From an uncultured delta proteobacterium (GTDB taxonomy: Bacteria > Desulfobacterota > Syntrophobacteria > BM002): a stretch of DNA of 64,000 nucleotides. Location of the stretch: the NCBI GenBank assembly GCA_963712115.1, contig CAVQGX010000031.1, forward strand, positions 128,001 to 192,000. The letters run 5' to 3'. The first letter of the stretch is position 1. Each line of letters starts with the position of its first letter. Below the pieces are notes generated by a model. The model made no database searches, was not told the origin of the DNA, and worked only from the letters and a program-made list of their open reading frames with translations. Positions 19,931 to 30,250 of this stretch are shown piece after piece. The translations under genes and the position numbers were made by a program.

Positions 19931-20935
19931 ATGAGAAATACAAGAATTCTCGGCGTAGGAATGTATTTACCTGAGCGAGAAATCACCAACCAGAAACTCG
20001 AGGCCATGGAAGAGTTGCAAACCTCTGACGAATGGATCAGGCAGCGAACCGGCATTCTGACTCGACGCTTTGTTTCTGAAGGCCAATCAGGCACTGATCT
20101 TGCTGTGCAAGCTTCGAAGGAAGCTATCGAAAACGCTAATTTAAGCCCTGATGATATCGACTTCATCATCTATGCTACCCTCAGTCCAGACTACTTCTTC
20201 CCAGGTAATGGCTGCTTTCTGCAGGACAGGCTTTTTGGCGACCGAACAATTGGCGCTCTAGACGTCCGCACTCAATGCTCGGGCTTTATTTACAGTCTTT
20301 CCCTGGCCGACAGTTTGATCAAGACCGGCCAGTATGAACGTATACTCATTGTCGGTGCTGAGGTTCACTCCACAGCTCTGGACTTTACCTTTGCAGGTCG
20401 CGACCTAACTGTACTTTTCGGGGACGGAGCTGGGGCTGTAGTAGTGGGCCCTGCCCCCGAGGGTCACTCAGGCATTCTTGCCCACGCTCTGCATTCAGAG
20501 GGTAAGTATGCCAAGGAACTTTGGACCGAGTATCCTGCCAGCGCTCACAATCCTAGAGTCAGTCATGAAGTCCTCGATCAAGGGAGACACTATCCGCAGA
20601 TGAACGGGAGAATGGTCTTCAAACACGCGGTTACCCGCATGGTAGAGGTAAGTCACGAAGTCCTGGCTAAAGCAGGTAAAAGCATTGAGGAGGTCGATCT
20701 GTTACTTCCCCACCAGGCCAACATCCGCATCAATCAGATGGTGGCATCCCACCTGGGTATTCCCGAAGATAGGATGGTGAATACCATTTCATGGACCGGC
20801 AATACCACGGCAGCCACTATCCCCATTTGTATGTACGAAGCCCTCAGACAAGAAAAACTAAAGGACAACGATCTAGTGCTCCTCACCGCCTTCGGAGCTG
20901 GGTTTACTTGGGCAGCCTCGTTGTTGCACTGGTAG
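19931..20935 (+). CDS. fabH: 3-oxoacyl-ACP synthase III
   Basis: TSDEWIRQRTGI, QCSGF, LFGDGAGA, PHQAN, GNTTAAT, FGAGFTW. Confidence 0.92.
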   Translation: MRNTRILGVGMYLPEREITNQKLEAMEELQTSDEWIRQRTGILTRRFVSEGQSGTDLAVQASKEAIENANLSPDDIDFIIYATLSPDYFFPGNGCFLQDRLFGDRTIGALDVRTQCSGFIYSLSLADSLIKTGQYERILIVGAEVHSTALDFTFAGRDLTVLFGDGAGAVVVGPAPEGHSGILAHALHSEGKYAKELWTEYPASAHNPRVSHEVLDQGRHYPQMNGRMVFKHAVTRMVEVSHEVLAKAGKSIEEVDLLLPHQANIRINQMVASHLGIPEDRMVNTISWTGNTTAATIPICMYEALRQEKLKDNDLVLLTAFGAGFTWAASLLHW

Positions 20936-20944
20936 CAATTCTTA

Positions 20945-21020
20945 CTAGGCACTAAACACTAAGCACTAGGCACCAATAAGTACAAGAAGTAGTGCATAGT
21001 CCCTAGTGCTTAGTGCCTAG
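20945..21020. repeat. 7-bp-period inverted repeat (CACTAAG/CTTAGTG)
   Basis: CTAGGCACTAAACACTAAGCACTAGGCAC ... CTAGTGCTTAGTGCCTAG. Confidence 0.7.
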
Positions 21021-21037
21021 TTCACCGGAGTGACCTG

Positions 21038-23167
21038 ATGAGCGTTCGCTATAAATTTTTGATATTCTTCATGATATTTAGTCTTGCGCCTCTTGTCGTT
21101 GTTACCATAGTAGGCCAACGGGGAATTCTACGAATGGGTGAGACCATATCCGGTTTCGCAAAAAAGAACCGGACAGAAATCGTCAGCAAAGAACTTCAGC
21201 AAACGGCAACGGACTATGCCAAAATACTTGGCCGTGAGAAAGAAGTGCTGGAACTCACACTGAGAATCATTGCCAGAGATGCACAGCGCTTTTTGTCCGA
21301 ACCTCCGAAGGGTGCGGCGAAAGTCTATTTTGCTGACGACTACGACAACCCCGCAAAAGCTCCCAGAGATCTTGTCACTTCTCATAAGCATATCAGAGGT
21401 GCCGCTGGGGAGGGAACCGAACCAATGGTTGTGAGCTTCGGTCACCAGGTCTTTTTGGTCCGACCGGGAGCTGACTGGCGGCATGTGGCAACCGACATTG
21501 GTCGCCTGAGAAGGCTTCTTCCCTTGCACAGTGAGTTTGAGAGCCAATTGGACGACATCCTCTATTGGCAGTATGTCAGCCTGGAGAGCGGCGTTCACGC
21601 AGCCTACCCCGGCCATGGCGGCTATCCTACCGGCTACAACCCACAAACTCGTCCGTGGTATATCTTGGCCAGAGAAAGGGGTGAGTTGGCCTGGAGTACC
21701 CCGTACATAGATGCCTCCACACGTCAGGTCATCATGACTGCCTCTATGCCCATCCGTCACTCTGACGGTTCATTTGCAGGAGTAGCGGCCATCGATGTAC
21801 TTCTTTCAGAGGTTTTACAGGTCCATGAATTATCTTCTCAGTGGTCAACGGCCATGCGCTCCTTTCTCGTCTGGTCAGGGATAAAACAAGAGACCGGTGA
21901 ATACGGCCTCTGGATAATAGCTCGAAAAGACTATGTGGAACATGCCTCTGCCTGGAGCGGCGCGATGGGGGTGGAACGACTAGCATCTTCAGATGTGGAG
22001 ATCATGGAACTGATGGAGGGGGAAATAAAAGCCAGACAAGCCGGCTACATCGATATGCCTTATTTCGGCGTGGATTCTGTCTGGGCCTATGGTCACGCCG
22101 GTGATGACTTGAATCTTATACTCATCGTACCCAAAAGAATCATTTTGGAGGAGTTTGAACGGATACGAGAGTCCTTACATTCAATGGTTAAGGAACAGTG
22201 GCTGGTTACAGGGGTTGTCGCCATTGGAGTGATTCTTTTGCTTATTGTGGTTGGTCTGTGGTTCGCCCACGCCATGATCAGGCCTCTCTTCGTAATGGTT
22301 GAGGGGGTCAAGCGTCTGGCAAAGGGCGATTTCTCTGCACGAATCAATATAAACACAGGCGATGAACGCGATCTGCTGGCCAAGAGCTTCAATGAAATGG
22401 TTCCTCAGCTTGAAGACAGGATACAAATCCGTAAGTCTCTGGAAGTGGCCAAGGAAGTGCAACAAAATCTCCTGCCACAGGAGATACCAAACCTACGGGG
22501 CTTCGACATTGCTGCCAAGAGCGTCTATTGCGACGAGACTGGTGGGGATTACTTCGATTTTTTCCCGTGTGAGGACGAGCATTGCTCCCGCTTTGGCATT
22601 GTAGTCGGTGATGTCACAGGCCATGGAGTTGGAGCGGCCCTACTCATGGCCACTGCTAGAGCGCTCATCAGGGGCTTGGTAACCAGACCAGAGAACCTGG
22701 CCGAGTGTCTAACCCAGGTGAACCGTCTTCTCTCTGCCGATGTGAGGGATAGCGGCAGGTTCATGAGCCTCTTTTTTCTTATGATAGAGGAAGGCTCACC
22801 CACCATTAGCTGGGTGAGAGCCGGACACGATCCGGCTATACTCTTTGATCCCGCCAGGGAGAAAGTGGAGGAACTTGTGGGGCCAGGAATGGTCCTAGGA
22901 GTGGAGGAAGACTATTGTTACGAACAGGTTGACAAGGCTATAGAGACGGACGGAGCAGTTATTCTCATCGGCACCGACGGCATCTGGGAGGCCCACAACT
23001 CTGAGGGAGAGCTGTTCGGCAAAGACCGTCTGCACCAAATAATCCGTGACCATGCTGATAAGTCCGCCGCGGCAATCCAGGGAGCCGTCTTAGATGAAGT
23101 CAGCAAATTTCGCGGCAAACTACCTCAAGAGGATGACATTACAATTGTAGTGATCAAGACCGTGTAA
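21038..23167 (+). CDS. membrane sensor PP2C/SpoIIE phosphatase with Cache and HAMP domains
   Basis: Two TM helices, RPWY/WSTPYID Cache motif, HAMP, GGDYFD, GDVTGHG, GTDGIWE, DDITIV. Confidence 0.9.
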   Translation: MSVRYKFLIFFMIFSLAPLVVVTIVGQRGILRMGETISGFAKKNRTEIVSKELQQTATDYAKILGREKEVLELTLRIIARDAQRFLSEPPKGAAKVYFADDYDNPAKAPRDLVTSHKHIRGAAGEGTEPMVVSFGHQVFLVRPGADWRHVATDIGRLRRLLPLHSEFESQLDDILYWQYVSLESGVHAAYPGHGGYPTGYNPQTRPWYILARERGELAWSTPYIDASTRQVIMTASMPIRHSDGSFAGVAAIDVLLSEVLQVHELSSQWSTAMRSFLVWSGIKQETGEYGLWIIARKDYVEHASAWSGAMGVERLASSDVEIMELMEGEIKARQAGYIDMPYFGVDSVWAYGHAGDDLNLILIVPKRIILEEFERIRESLHSMVKEQWLVTGVVAIGVILLLIVVGLWFAHAMIRPLFVMVEGVKRLAKGDFSARININTGDERDLLAKSFNEMVPQLEDRIQIRKSLEVAKEVQQNLLPQEIPNLRGFDIAAKSVYCDETGGDYFDFFPCEDEHCSRFGIVVGDVTGHGVGAALLMATARALIRGLVTRPENLAECLTQVNRLLSADVRDSGRFMSLFFLMIEEGSPTISWVRAGHDPAILFDPAREKVEELVGPGMVLGVEEDYCYEQVDKAIETDGAVILIGTDGIWEAHNSEGELFGKDRLHQIIRDHADKSAAAIQGAVLDEVSKFRGKLPQEDDITIVVIKTV

Positions 23168-23229
23168 AACTGCCACTTGCTTGAAATTCCCCCTACTTAG
23201 GCAAACCACGAAGACAATAAATGGACAAG

Positions 23230-23303
23230 AGATGTGCGAAGTGAGATGTGGGATCACACAACTTTGCCTTTTCTTGCATCTCATATCCCACATCACATAT
23301 CCC
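23230..23303. repeat. 7-bp-period inverted repeat (GATGTG/CACATC)
   Basis: GATGTGCGAAGTGAGATGTGGGAT ... ATCTCATATCCCACATCACATATC; related tract at 60087-60158. Confidence 0.6.
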
Positions 23304-23404
23304 AAAATTATTGGATGACTGGTTGACTTGCATAGGTGAATTCGGGTATTCATCAGGGGATTGTGACCTCGGTCATGATTTTTTATTTGATAGGAAGAGA
23401 TACC

Positions 23405-24688
23405 ATGGATATCAGCACAGCTGCAAAAGCCGCAAAGGCGGCTGCAATTCAATTGGCCGCCAGCGGAACTGATTTAAAAAACAAGGCACTTGAGGCAATC
23501 GCGGCCGAAATGTGGGCGCACAAAGAAAAAATCCTTGAAGCCAATGACAAGGACCTTGCCTTTAGCCGGGAAAACAACCTCGCGCAACCTCTTTTGAAGA
23601 GGCTAAAATTTGACCAGACAAAGCTTGCTGAGACGATCAGCGGGATTGAGAGCCTCATCGGCTTGCCGGACCCGGTTGGCGTGAGCCTCAGCGCCCGGGA
23701 ACTGGATGAGGGACTGGAGCTTTACCAGGTAACCTGTCCAATTGGGGTGATCGGCGTGATATTTGAATCGCGGCCTGATGCCCTGGTCCAGATTTCAACT
23801 CTTTGTCTGAAGAGCGGCAATGGAGTGCTGCTCAAGGGAGGAAGTGAGGCTGCTCACACCAATCGTGCTCTGGCTGATGTCATTGTCGCAGCGAGCGAAT
23901 CGGCAGGAATACCTGTGGGCTGGCTGCAACTGCTCGAAACCCGGGAGGACGTCAAGGAAATGCTCAAGATGGACGAGAGTATTGATCTCCTAGTTCCCCG
24001 GGGGTCAAACGAGTTTGTCAAGTTTATCATGGACAATTCCAACATTCCTGTCCTTGGGCACGCCGACGGTATCTGCCACGTCTACGTGGATAAAGAAGCA
24101 GATCTGACCATGGCAAGTAACATAGTGGTGGATTCGAAATGTCAGTACGTTGCCGTCTGCAACGCCGCAGAGACACTCCTCGTCCACGAAGCAGTGGCTC
24201 GCGACTTTCTGCCCATGCTGCAGAAAGCCCTTTCCCCCTACAAAGTGGAACTAAGAGGTTGCCCGAAAACGAGGGCGATTATCAAGGTGAAGCCCGCCAC
24301 AGAGGAGGACTGGCGCACCGAATACCTTGATACCATCATGTCAGTCAAGATTGTCACTAGCACGGATGAGGCCATAGAGCACATCAACACCTATGGTTCA
24401 GCTCACACGGATGCGATCGTCACTGCCAACCAAAATACTGCAAACCACTTCACGAACCTGGTAGATTCAGGCAATGTGTTTTGGAACTGCAGTACTCGTT
24501 TTAGTGACGGCTATCGCTACGGGCTAGGCGCCGAGGTGGGCATCAGTACCAGTAAGATCCACGCCCGCGGCCCGGTGGGATTGGAAGGTCTGGTGATCTA
24601 CAAGTGGCAAATCAGGGGTTCCGGACAAATTGTTGCGGACTATGCAGACGGGAGGCGCAAATTCACTCATCGTCCCCTTAAGAAGTAG
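23405..24688 (+). CDS. proA: gamma-glutamyl phosphate reductase
   Basis: PIGVIGVIFESRP, LKGGSEA, GICHVYVD, CNAAETLL, GAEVGISTSKIHARGP. Confidence 0.95.
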   Translation: MDISTAAKAAKAAAIQLAASGTDLKNKALEAIAAEMWAHKEKILEANDKDLAFSRENNLAQPLLKRLKFDQTKLAETISGIESLIGLPDPVGVSLSARELDEGLELYQVTCPIGVIGVIFESRPDALVQISTLCLKSGNGVLLKGGSEAAHTNRALADVIVAASESAGIPVGWLQLLETREDVKEMLKMDESIDLLVPRGSNEFVKFIMDNSNIPVLGHADGICHVYVDKEADLTMASNIVVDSKCQYVAVCNAAETLLVHEAVARDFLPMLQKALSPYKVELRGCPKTRAIIKVKPATEEDWRTEYLDTIMSVKIVTSTDEAIEHINTYGSAHTDAIVTANQNTANHFTNLVDSGNVFWNCSTRFSDGYRYGLGAEVGISTSKIHARGPVGLEGLVIYKWQIRGSGQIVADYADGRRKFTHRPLKK

Positions 24689-24694
24689 TTTGCC

Positions 24695-24742
24695 GTCCGG
24701 ATGTTTCATCAATTGAGGTCGCGAGACCATGAAATTCGGCGC
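24695..24742 (-). repeat. degenerate partial copy of the 184-bp MITE
   Basis: GTCCGGATGTTTCATCAATTGAGGTCGCGAGACCATGAA aligns to the left end of 30500-30683. Confidence 0.55.
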
Positions 24743-25014
24743 TAATATCTGCTTCTACGCCGCGGACGTTTACCTCGTGGTTCAGCTTGGTTAACCTTTA
24801 TACTGCGACCATTCAAAACCTTACCATTCAAAGCTTTGATCGCCTGGTCAGCTTCCGAGTTGTCTGGCATTTCCACAAAGCCAAACCCCTTAGGTCGTCC
24901 TGAGAACTTATCAGTGATGATTTTAACACTTGACACTTCGCCGAACTCAGAAAAGGCATTTTTCAGATCATTCTCTGTGACGTCATAGGCCAAGTTGCCA
25001 ATATACATATTCAT
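24742..25014 (-). CDS. RRM RNA-binding protein
   Basis: RNP2 MYIGNL and RNP1 KGFGFVEM. Confidence 0.95.
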   Translation of the reverse strand: MNMYIGNLAYDVTENDLKNAFSEFGEVSSVKIITDKFSGRPKGFGFVEMPDNSEADQAIKALNGKVLNGRSIKVNQAEPRGKRPRRRSRY

Positions 25015-25082
25015 AGATGCAATCCTCCATTAACACCCGTTGATTTAATTTGCACTATCAAATAATCAACGGCCCAAAAGGG

Positions 25083-25116
25083 AAAGGGCATCTCGTCTAA
25101 TCTCGGCGAGATGCCC
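25083..25116 (-). terminator. hairpin/terminator after the cold-shock gene
   Basis: GGGCATCTCGTC / GGCGAGATGCCC stem with a short T tail on the minus strand. Confidence 0.6.
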
Positions 25117-25138
25117 CCATTAAGCGTCTTACCGCCAA

Positions 25139-25339
25139 CTAAATCTTGGTGACGTTCACGGCAGCAGGACCTTTTTGGCCCTGCTCCACATTAAAAGTCA
25201 CACTGTCGCCTTCACTGAGAGATTTGAAACCCGTTGCGTTGATCCCCGAATGGTGAACGAATACATCCGGGCCATCTTCCTGCTCTATGAAGCCGTAGCC
25301 TTTGTGGTCATTAAACCACTTGACAATTCCATTAGCCAT
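25139..25339 (-). CDS. csp: cold-shock protein (CspA family)
   Basis: [27 protein letters not shown]. Confidence 0.95.
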   Translation of the reverse strand: MANGIVKWFNDHKGYGFIEQEDGPDVFVHHSGINATGFKSLSEGDSVTFNVEQGQKGPAAVNVTKI

Positions 25340-25589
25340 AGTGACACCCTCCTTTCTAAAAAATTCTCATGGTCCCAAACTTGAGGTTGCCACTTTTGAC
25401 AGATGGATCTTCCCCCAGAACGAAACCGGGCCGCCAATAAAGACGGCCCTTTATTGATTGCTTGACGATAACCTACTTCTTCGATGGAAGTCAAATCATT
25501 TATTACTATTTCCTTCTGGAGGTAGCCATGGAAGGAGTTAATTCAGAAGTGCAGTGAGTGAGGAGAACTGGAAATTCAGTTCGATCATT

Positions 25590-25700
25590 GTGGGAGTTTA
25601 TATCCCTTAATCCACACTTCATTCCCCAAAAACCTGGCGCAACATGTAGTGCATTTCTCCAAATAGCAAGAAGTGTAGATTAAAGTATGTAATCTTCAGT
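25590..25700. repeat. recombination-site-like unit R1 (two inverted 29-bp sites around a 53-bp linker)
   Basis: GTGGGAGTTTA-TATCCCT-TAATCCACACT ... GCGCAACATGTAGTGC (25637-25652) ... AGTGTAGATTA-AAGTATG-TAATCTTCAGT. Confidence 0.8.
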
Positions 25701-26016
25701 CCGAGGGCCGATTAAGGCCTTAGATACTACCGACCTAAAAGGTAGTCATCCGAGTGTACATATGACGAGCATATGTCGAATATTCACGGATGATCAAGAC
25801 TTAACCTAAATAGCAGATATTGGAAGTCATAGATCGTAAGACTCATATACAAGAGTTAGAAATGATGGATCTAGATCTGATGAACGGAAATGGTATGGTG
25901 GGGCATTTTAAAATAATACACTGTATGTAATAGAAAAGCTGTTATCATTGGTTGCGCCACTTCTGGATCTCATTCGAATAAACACGCTAGGCTAAGTAGT
26001 AGCTGTCTGCCATCTA

Positions 26017-26721
26017 CTATTTGTATATGTCCGACAAAGGTCGCCGTCGCCTGCCACCCATGATAAGCCCCACGATCCAGCCAAACGTCATAACCCCAGC
26101 ACCGTAGAGAAACCAACGCATATTGCTGGAGGATTGCAGCTTGTCGTAAGTACTCTGCGCTTCCGCGAGCTTCGTCTTCAACTCGGGTAGCTCTGAAGCG
26201 AGCTTTTCTTGAGCTTTCTGCAGTCCCAAGTAATTTGCAGCGCCCTTTTTGAGAGCCTCGTACTTCTTGCTAGTTGCCTCTAGATTCTGCTTGAGTGAGG
26301 CCAACTCTTTCTCGATCCTTTCATTCTCTTGCCCGAGTTCTCGACTACTAGTCTCAATTTCGCTTATTTGTAACTCGAGCCGTTCTTTTTCCTTTGCTAG
26401 TTTTTCGGCAGTGAATTTCCAGGGAGGCCTGTCAGAGATATACCTCTCAAGGGTCCAACCAGTTCGACCATCAGGTAGGCTTACCTGCGCCCAACCGTTC
26501 TCTATTCCGATCATGGTTACCGTTGTACCTATTGGCAATGCAGCTATAATACGATGACTGACATCCGGCCCACTTCGAAGGATAACCTCCAGGGTGGTAT
26601 CTGAGACATAAAGTGTCTCGGCCCAGGCTTTGACGCTGAACAACCATACAGTGAGTAATACTACATGGGCAACAAGTTGAATCGCTTTTCTCAATAGTCG
26701 TCTTTTTCGATGTGTTGTCAT
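26017..26721 (-). CDS. TIGR04211/YgiM-like SH3 domain protein with coiled coil and C-terminal TM
   Basis: ETLYVSD, LRSGP, GRTGW, coiled coil, WFLYGAGV...GLI. Confidence 0.88.
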   Translation of the reverse strand: MTTHRKRRLLRKAIQLVAHVVLLTVWLFSVKAWAETLYVSDTTLEVILRSGPDVSHRIIAALPIGTTVTMIGIENGWAQVSLPDGRTGWTLERYISDRPPWKFTAEKLAKEKERLELQISEIETSSRELGQENERIEKELASLKQNLEATSKKYEALKKGAANYLGLQKAQEKLASELPELKTKLAEAQSTYDKLQSSSNMRWFLYGAGVMTFGWIVGLIMGGRRRRPLSDIYK

Positions 26722-26942
26722 TACCCTCTCACATTTCGATGACATCGCAGGCAGCACTATCCAATGACAGAACTTGATCCATTTGGAGTATGACCATAAC
26801 TCTGTAAATCGCACTATGTCAATAGCTTTAAGGATAGCGAATGAAAATCTTAAACCTTTTGTATTTCACTAATTCCTACGTTTACTTATCTTTTTGAGTC
26901 TTGACCTCATGGGTGGGCAGCATGGAGGGGTGGTGGATGCGG

Positions 26943-27053
26943 ACTTTTTATTACATCCCTTAATTCACATTTACAGTTCTAGGGAGCATAGTACTACATC
27001 TTGCGACGGGTCAAAACGGGCGTGAGTGTGGATTAAAGTAATTACTTCTTGGA
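26943..27053. repeat. recombination-site-like unit R2
   Basis: ACTTTTTATTA-CATCCCT-TAATTCACATT, 53-bp linker with GTACTACATCTTGCGA (26991-27006), AGTGTGGATTA-AAGTAAT-TACTTCTTGGA. Confidence 0.8.
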
Positions 27054-27227
27054 GGGCGGTGCGACTTTAGAGATTGTGGGAAAGTTATTACGCTAGGTAC
27101 ATCATAGTAGGTTTAGTCTTCAGAGATATGGGATACTTCAACCTCCCTTTCCTCTTTATCAGAGATGCAACATTTGCTTTGGCCGACCCATGATTAACTT
27201 GTCATCTACGCAAAACTAGTAAGAACC

Positions 27228-27863
27228 TTATTTATTGATTAGTAGGATAAGCTGATCAGCCAAATCTGGGTCAAGATCTCTTAAAATTTTATATTCTTCC
27301 AGCGCTGATGCCCGGTCACCCTTCCTCAAGTAACACAGCGCCAGAGCATGGCGCGCCTGAGCAAATCCAGGGTTGATAAAGACCGCCTTCTTTAGCACCT
27401 CCATAGCCTTATCGTTAAAGCCAAGTATATTGTATGCTATTCCTAGTCCCAGGTAACCTTGTGCAGAGGTGGGACTTAACTCGATCGTTTTCTTAAAGTA
27501 CGTCAGTGCTTCCTCCCAGTTTTCGAGCCGGGCATAGATAACACCTAAAAAAAAATGGGGCGCTGAAAAATTTGGTTTGATTGCAATAGCATCACTGAAA
27601 GCAACGATAGCTTCCTGCCAACGCCCGAGACTATAATATTTCAATCCCTGATCAACATTTATTGAGGCGAGATAAGGCAGCGTGGGAACTTCCTGCTTGG
27701 CAATCTCATGCTTTTCGCGGATCTTATGGCGTTCGGGATGAGGCGCTATAGCCTCGCAAAATGCTTCTGTAATTGAGGACTGCCAAGTAAAAAGGACAAT
27801 TAAGAGCAATAAAACTGTCTTTGTAACCCCTAAACGCGATGTTATTTGCTTTCCTGGTAACAT
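27228..27863 (-). CDS. exported tetratricopeptide repeat protein
   Basis: Signal/TM segment, then ~4 TPRs (LGVIYARL, LGIAYNIL, LALCYLRK), ending LRDLDPDLADQL. Confidence 0.85.
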   Translation of the reverse strand: MLPGKQITSRLGVTKTVLLLLIVLFTWQSSITEAFCEAIAPHPERHKIREKHEIAKQEVPTLPYLASINVDQGLKYYSLGRWQEAIVAFSDAIAIKPNFSAPHFFLGVIYARLENWEEALTYFKKTIELSPTSAQGYLGLGIAYNILGFNDKAMEVLKKAVFINPGFAQARHALALCYLRKGDRASALEEYKILRDLDPDLADQLILLINK

Positions 27864-28169
27864 TAGACCTTCTAGATTAAAACGGTGATATCACTCTTCT
27901 TGATTAGACAAAAACCATACCAATTCAAGACCGCGAATAAATTACTTGTTTTCTCCTATACTTAAGAATAATTAGGATGGCAAAAGGGTCTCAAAACCAA
28001 AGTAACTAAGTTCATAGATTTGGCATATTAGTTCCAACATTTAGAAATTTTAGGGATAGGACAGAGCAGGAAAGCTTGGACTGGCACAGGAGGGTACTCG
28101 CTAAGAATAAGAGTGGAAGAGATAGCAAATAAAGGTCATAAATGGAAACCTTATCTCACCCACTTAAAA

Positions 28170-28419
28170 ACTGAAGATTACATCCCTTAATTCACACTAT
28201 TGGCTCTAAAGACCCTAGCACAGAATGTGGTACGTGCCCCCGAAGGGGCAAAGTGTAGATTAAAGTATGTTATATGAAGTCCCACTGGAATCGTAGGAGA
28301 GTTTACATTATAACGCTGAAACTTGAATCCAAGGTAAGCTGGTCCATAGCGAGAGAATACAATATGTAGTAGTAAGGTCTCGGACGCTAAAGTTTAGATT
28401 AAAGTATGTAATGTTCACT
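28170..28419. repeat. tandem recombination-site-like units R3+R4
   Basis: R3 28170-28280: ACTGAAGATTA-CATCCCT-TAATTCACACT, 53 bp, AGTGTAGATTA-AAGTATG-TTATATGAAGT. R4 ~28295-28419: degenerate left site, ATACAATATGTAGTAG (28357-28372), AGTTTAGATTA-AAGTATG-TAATGTTCACT. Confidence 0.8.
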
Positions 28420-28625
28420 CACCACTGAAAAACCAACGAAGTTGTTAACCCCGTCCGACTGCAGCGAGTTGTTGGGCGCCAATCTACATGGCACGAATAA
28501 ATTGCGTTTTTTTATCGCTAGTTCTCAGCATGTCGTGCGTATGCTTTCTCAATAATTCAAACAAGGATGTTCCCTACCGCTTACTTACGGCAGCACGACA
28601 CTTCTAATCGCGCGAACTCATTCTG

Positions 28626-29888
28626 CTAAACAGAACTGGCGAATTTCGCCAACTTTCGCACAACCTCCAGGTCTTCAGGAATTTCTAGCACATTTTCTGC
28701 TCTAGCAAGTGCCAAGCGGGAATGGTGTATCGCGGCGTTCCGCATCTCGGCATCTCCGATCGCTGCCAGCGACTCAAACGCCTTTTGTAGCCGCCCCGCG
28801 ACTTCAATGGCACCAGCCCCGTCACGAGCAATCGCTGTGAAGGCATCATCAAACATGTCCCGCAAAGATATTTTGGGCACCTCCACGCGATCACATTCAG
28901 AAATTCGTGTGTCGCCTTCTTCGATAGGCTCACTCCAGAGCGCAAAAAGTCGCACGAACGTTCCAATAATGACGATTGCCGTACCGGGATCATTGACAGC
29001 AGGTGACAACGCTCGACTTGCGATTTCAGAAAGAACGATAAGACCGAATCGAGGATCTTCGTCGAATTGTCTGTCATTACCGAGCACAAATGCCTGTGCT
29101 ATCTGACTTGCATCGATATCAGAAAAATCACCTGAGTCTGCGGTCACATAGGCAAGAGCCCGGCCCGGCGCAGAAAAAGTACCGGGCAAGGCTGCTACCG
29201 TGATTCGTACCCGCGATTTTTCCGCATACGTCTGTAGCGCAGTGACATCTACGCGCTGTACATATCCGATCGACCCGCTGTAAATGGCGTGACCCCTATT
29301 CTGACGCCACCCCGCAGGGACGCCGCAAAGGGTAGGTGCGCATCGCCTTCGCTGTAAAGCAGCAGCAGTCGCTGCCTCAACCTTATCGATGGTTCCCCTG
29401 AGGCGCCCAAGGCGTGCGATGCGATCCACCCAACTCACGAACGTAATAATAACCATGGCAAGAATCATTAACGTTAGAGCAAATAACGCGAAACGGCCTG
29501 CTCTATCGTAATAGCCATTCTTTAAGGCGATAAGCGCGACGATGCTGAAGATGAAGGCACCAATAAAGGTCGAGAGAGCGTTCTGGGAAACGTCGTCGGA
29601 GATGACCAGAGAAAAAGAGCGCGGCGTTGCGGTGCTGCTGGCCGAAGCATAGGCGGAAACCATCGATGCGACAGCAAAGGTGGCGATCACCAACATGCTT
29701 GCGGAAATAATGGTAAGCAGGGTCTCTATTGAGTCTGGAGTAATCGCCGGAACAAGCTGACCGATTTCGGTATTGTCCACCGTCTTCGCAAGGAACACTA
29801 AGCCCGTTGACAGCACGCACATCGCGAGAGGCCTGACCCATAGCCGCTCTCTGATGCGGTTTAGAAGGAACCTCAATCGATCACCCAT
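28626..29888 (-). CDS. DUF2254 family membrane protein
   Basis: ATPRSF, FIGAFIFS, DPRFGLIVLSEIASRALSPAVNDPGTA, IARDGAG. Confidence 0.9.
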   Translation of the reverse strand: MGDRLRFLLNRIRERLWVRPLAMCVLSTGLVFLAKTVDNTEIGQLVPAITPDSIETLLTIISASMLVIATFAVASMVSAYASASSTATPRSFSLVISDDVSQNALSTFIGAFIFSIVALIALKNGYYDRAGRFALFALTLMILAMVIITFVSWVDRIARLGRLRGTIDKVEAATAAALQRRRCAPTLCGVPAGWRQNRGHAIYSGSIGYVQRVDVTALQTYAEKSRVRITVAALPGTFSAPGRALAYVTADSGDFSDIDASQIAQAFVLGNDRQFDEDPRFGLIVLSEIASRALSPAVNDPGTAIVIIGTFVRLFALWSEPIEEGDTRISECDRVEVPKISLRDMFDDAFTAIARDGAGAIEVAGRLQKAFESLAAIGDAEMRNAAIHHSRLALARAENVLEIPEDLEVVRKLAKFASSV

Positions 29889-30250
29889 TACTCCACTTCC
29901 CGTAGTTCGGTATGACGGTCCGCTACAGATCTCTTTTCCGGTGGTCAAATTAGTCGGCAGGAATCCTTTTCGCATGTAGAGTTCTACAGTGCATGTTGAT
30001 TATTACTAACATCTGTTTAGGTAGAAAGCAAACGTTTACCACTCTTGACGCCCAACCTTGAATTATACGGCGTATTATCCGCTTTATAATGCGGAAAGTC
30101 TCATACGCATATCGTAAATTGTGAAAAAATACAGCTACTTGTTTGATAACACTCACGATATTGAAAACGAAAAATATCGAAACCGACATCCGCTCTGATC
30201 ACAACCAAAAATACCCGGACAGACTTCCGCAAGAAAAGGGCCATTGCAAA

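Noticed and set aside
28252-28280. The chromosomal dif site
   Set aside because: Only partly dif-like and one of twelve related sites; a true dif is single-copy with a better XerD arm.
28489-28505. sigma54 promoter TGGCAC...TTGC
   Set aside because: Spacing is GG-N12-GC rather than N10, and no + strand gene follows.
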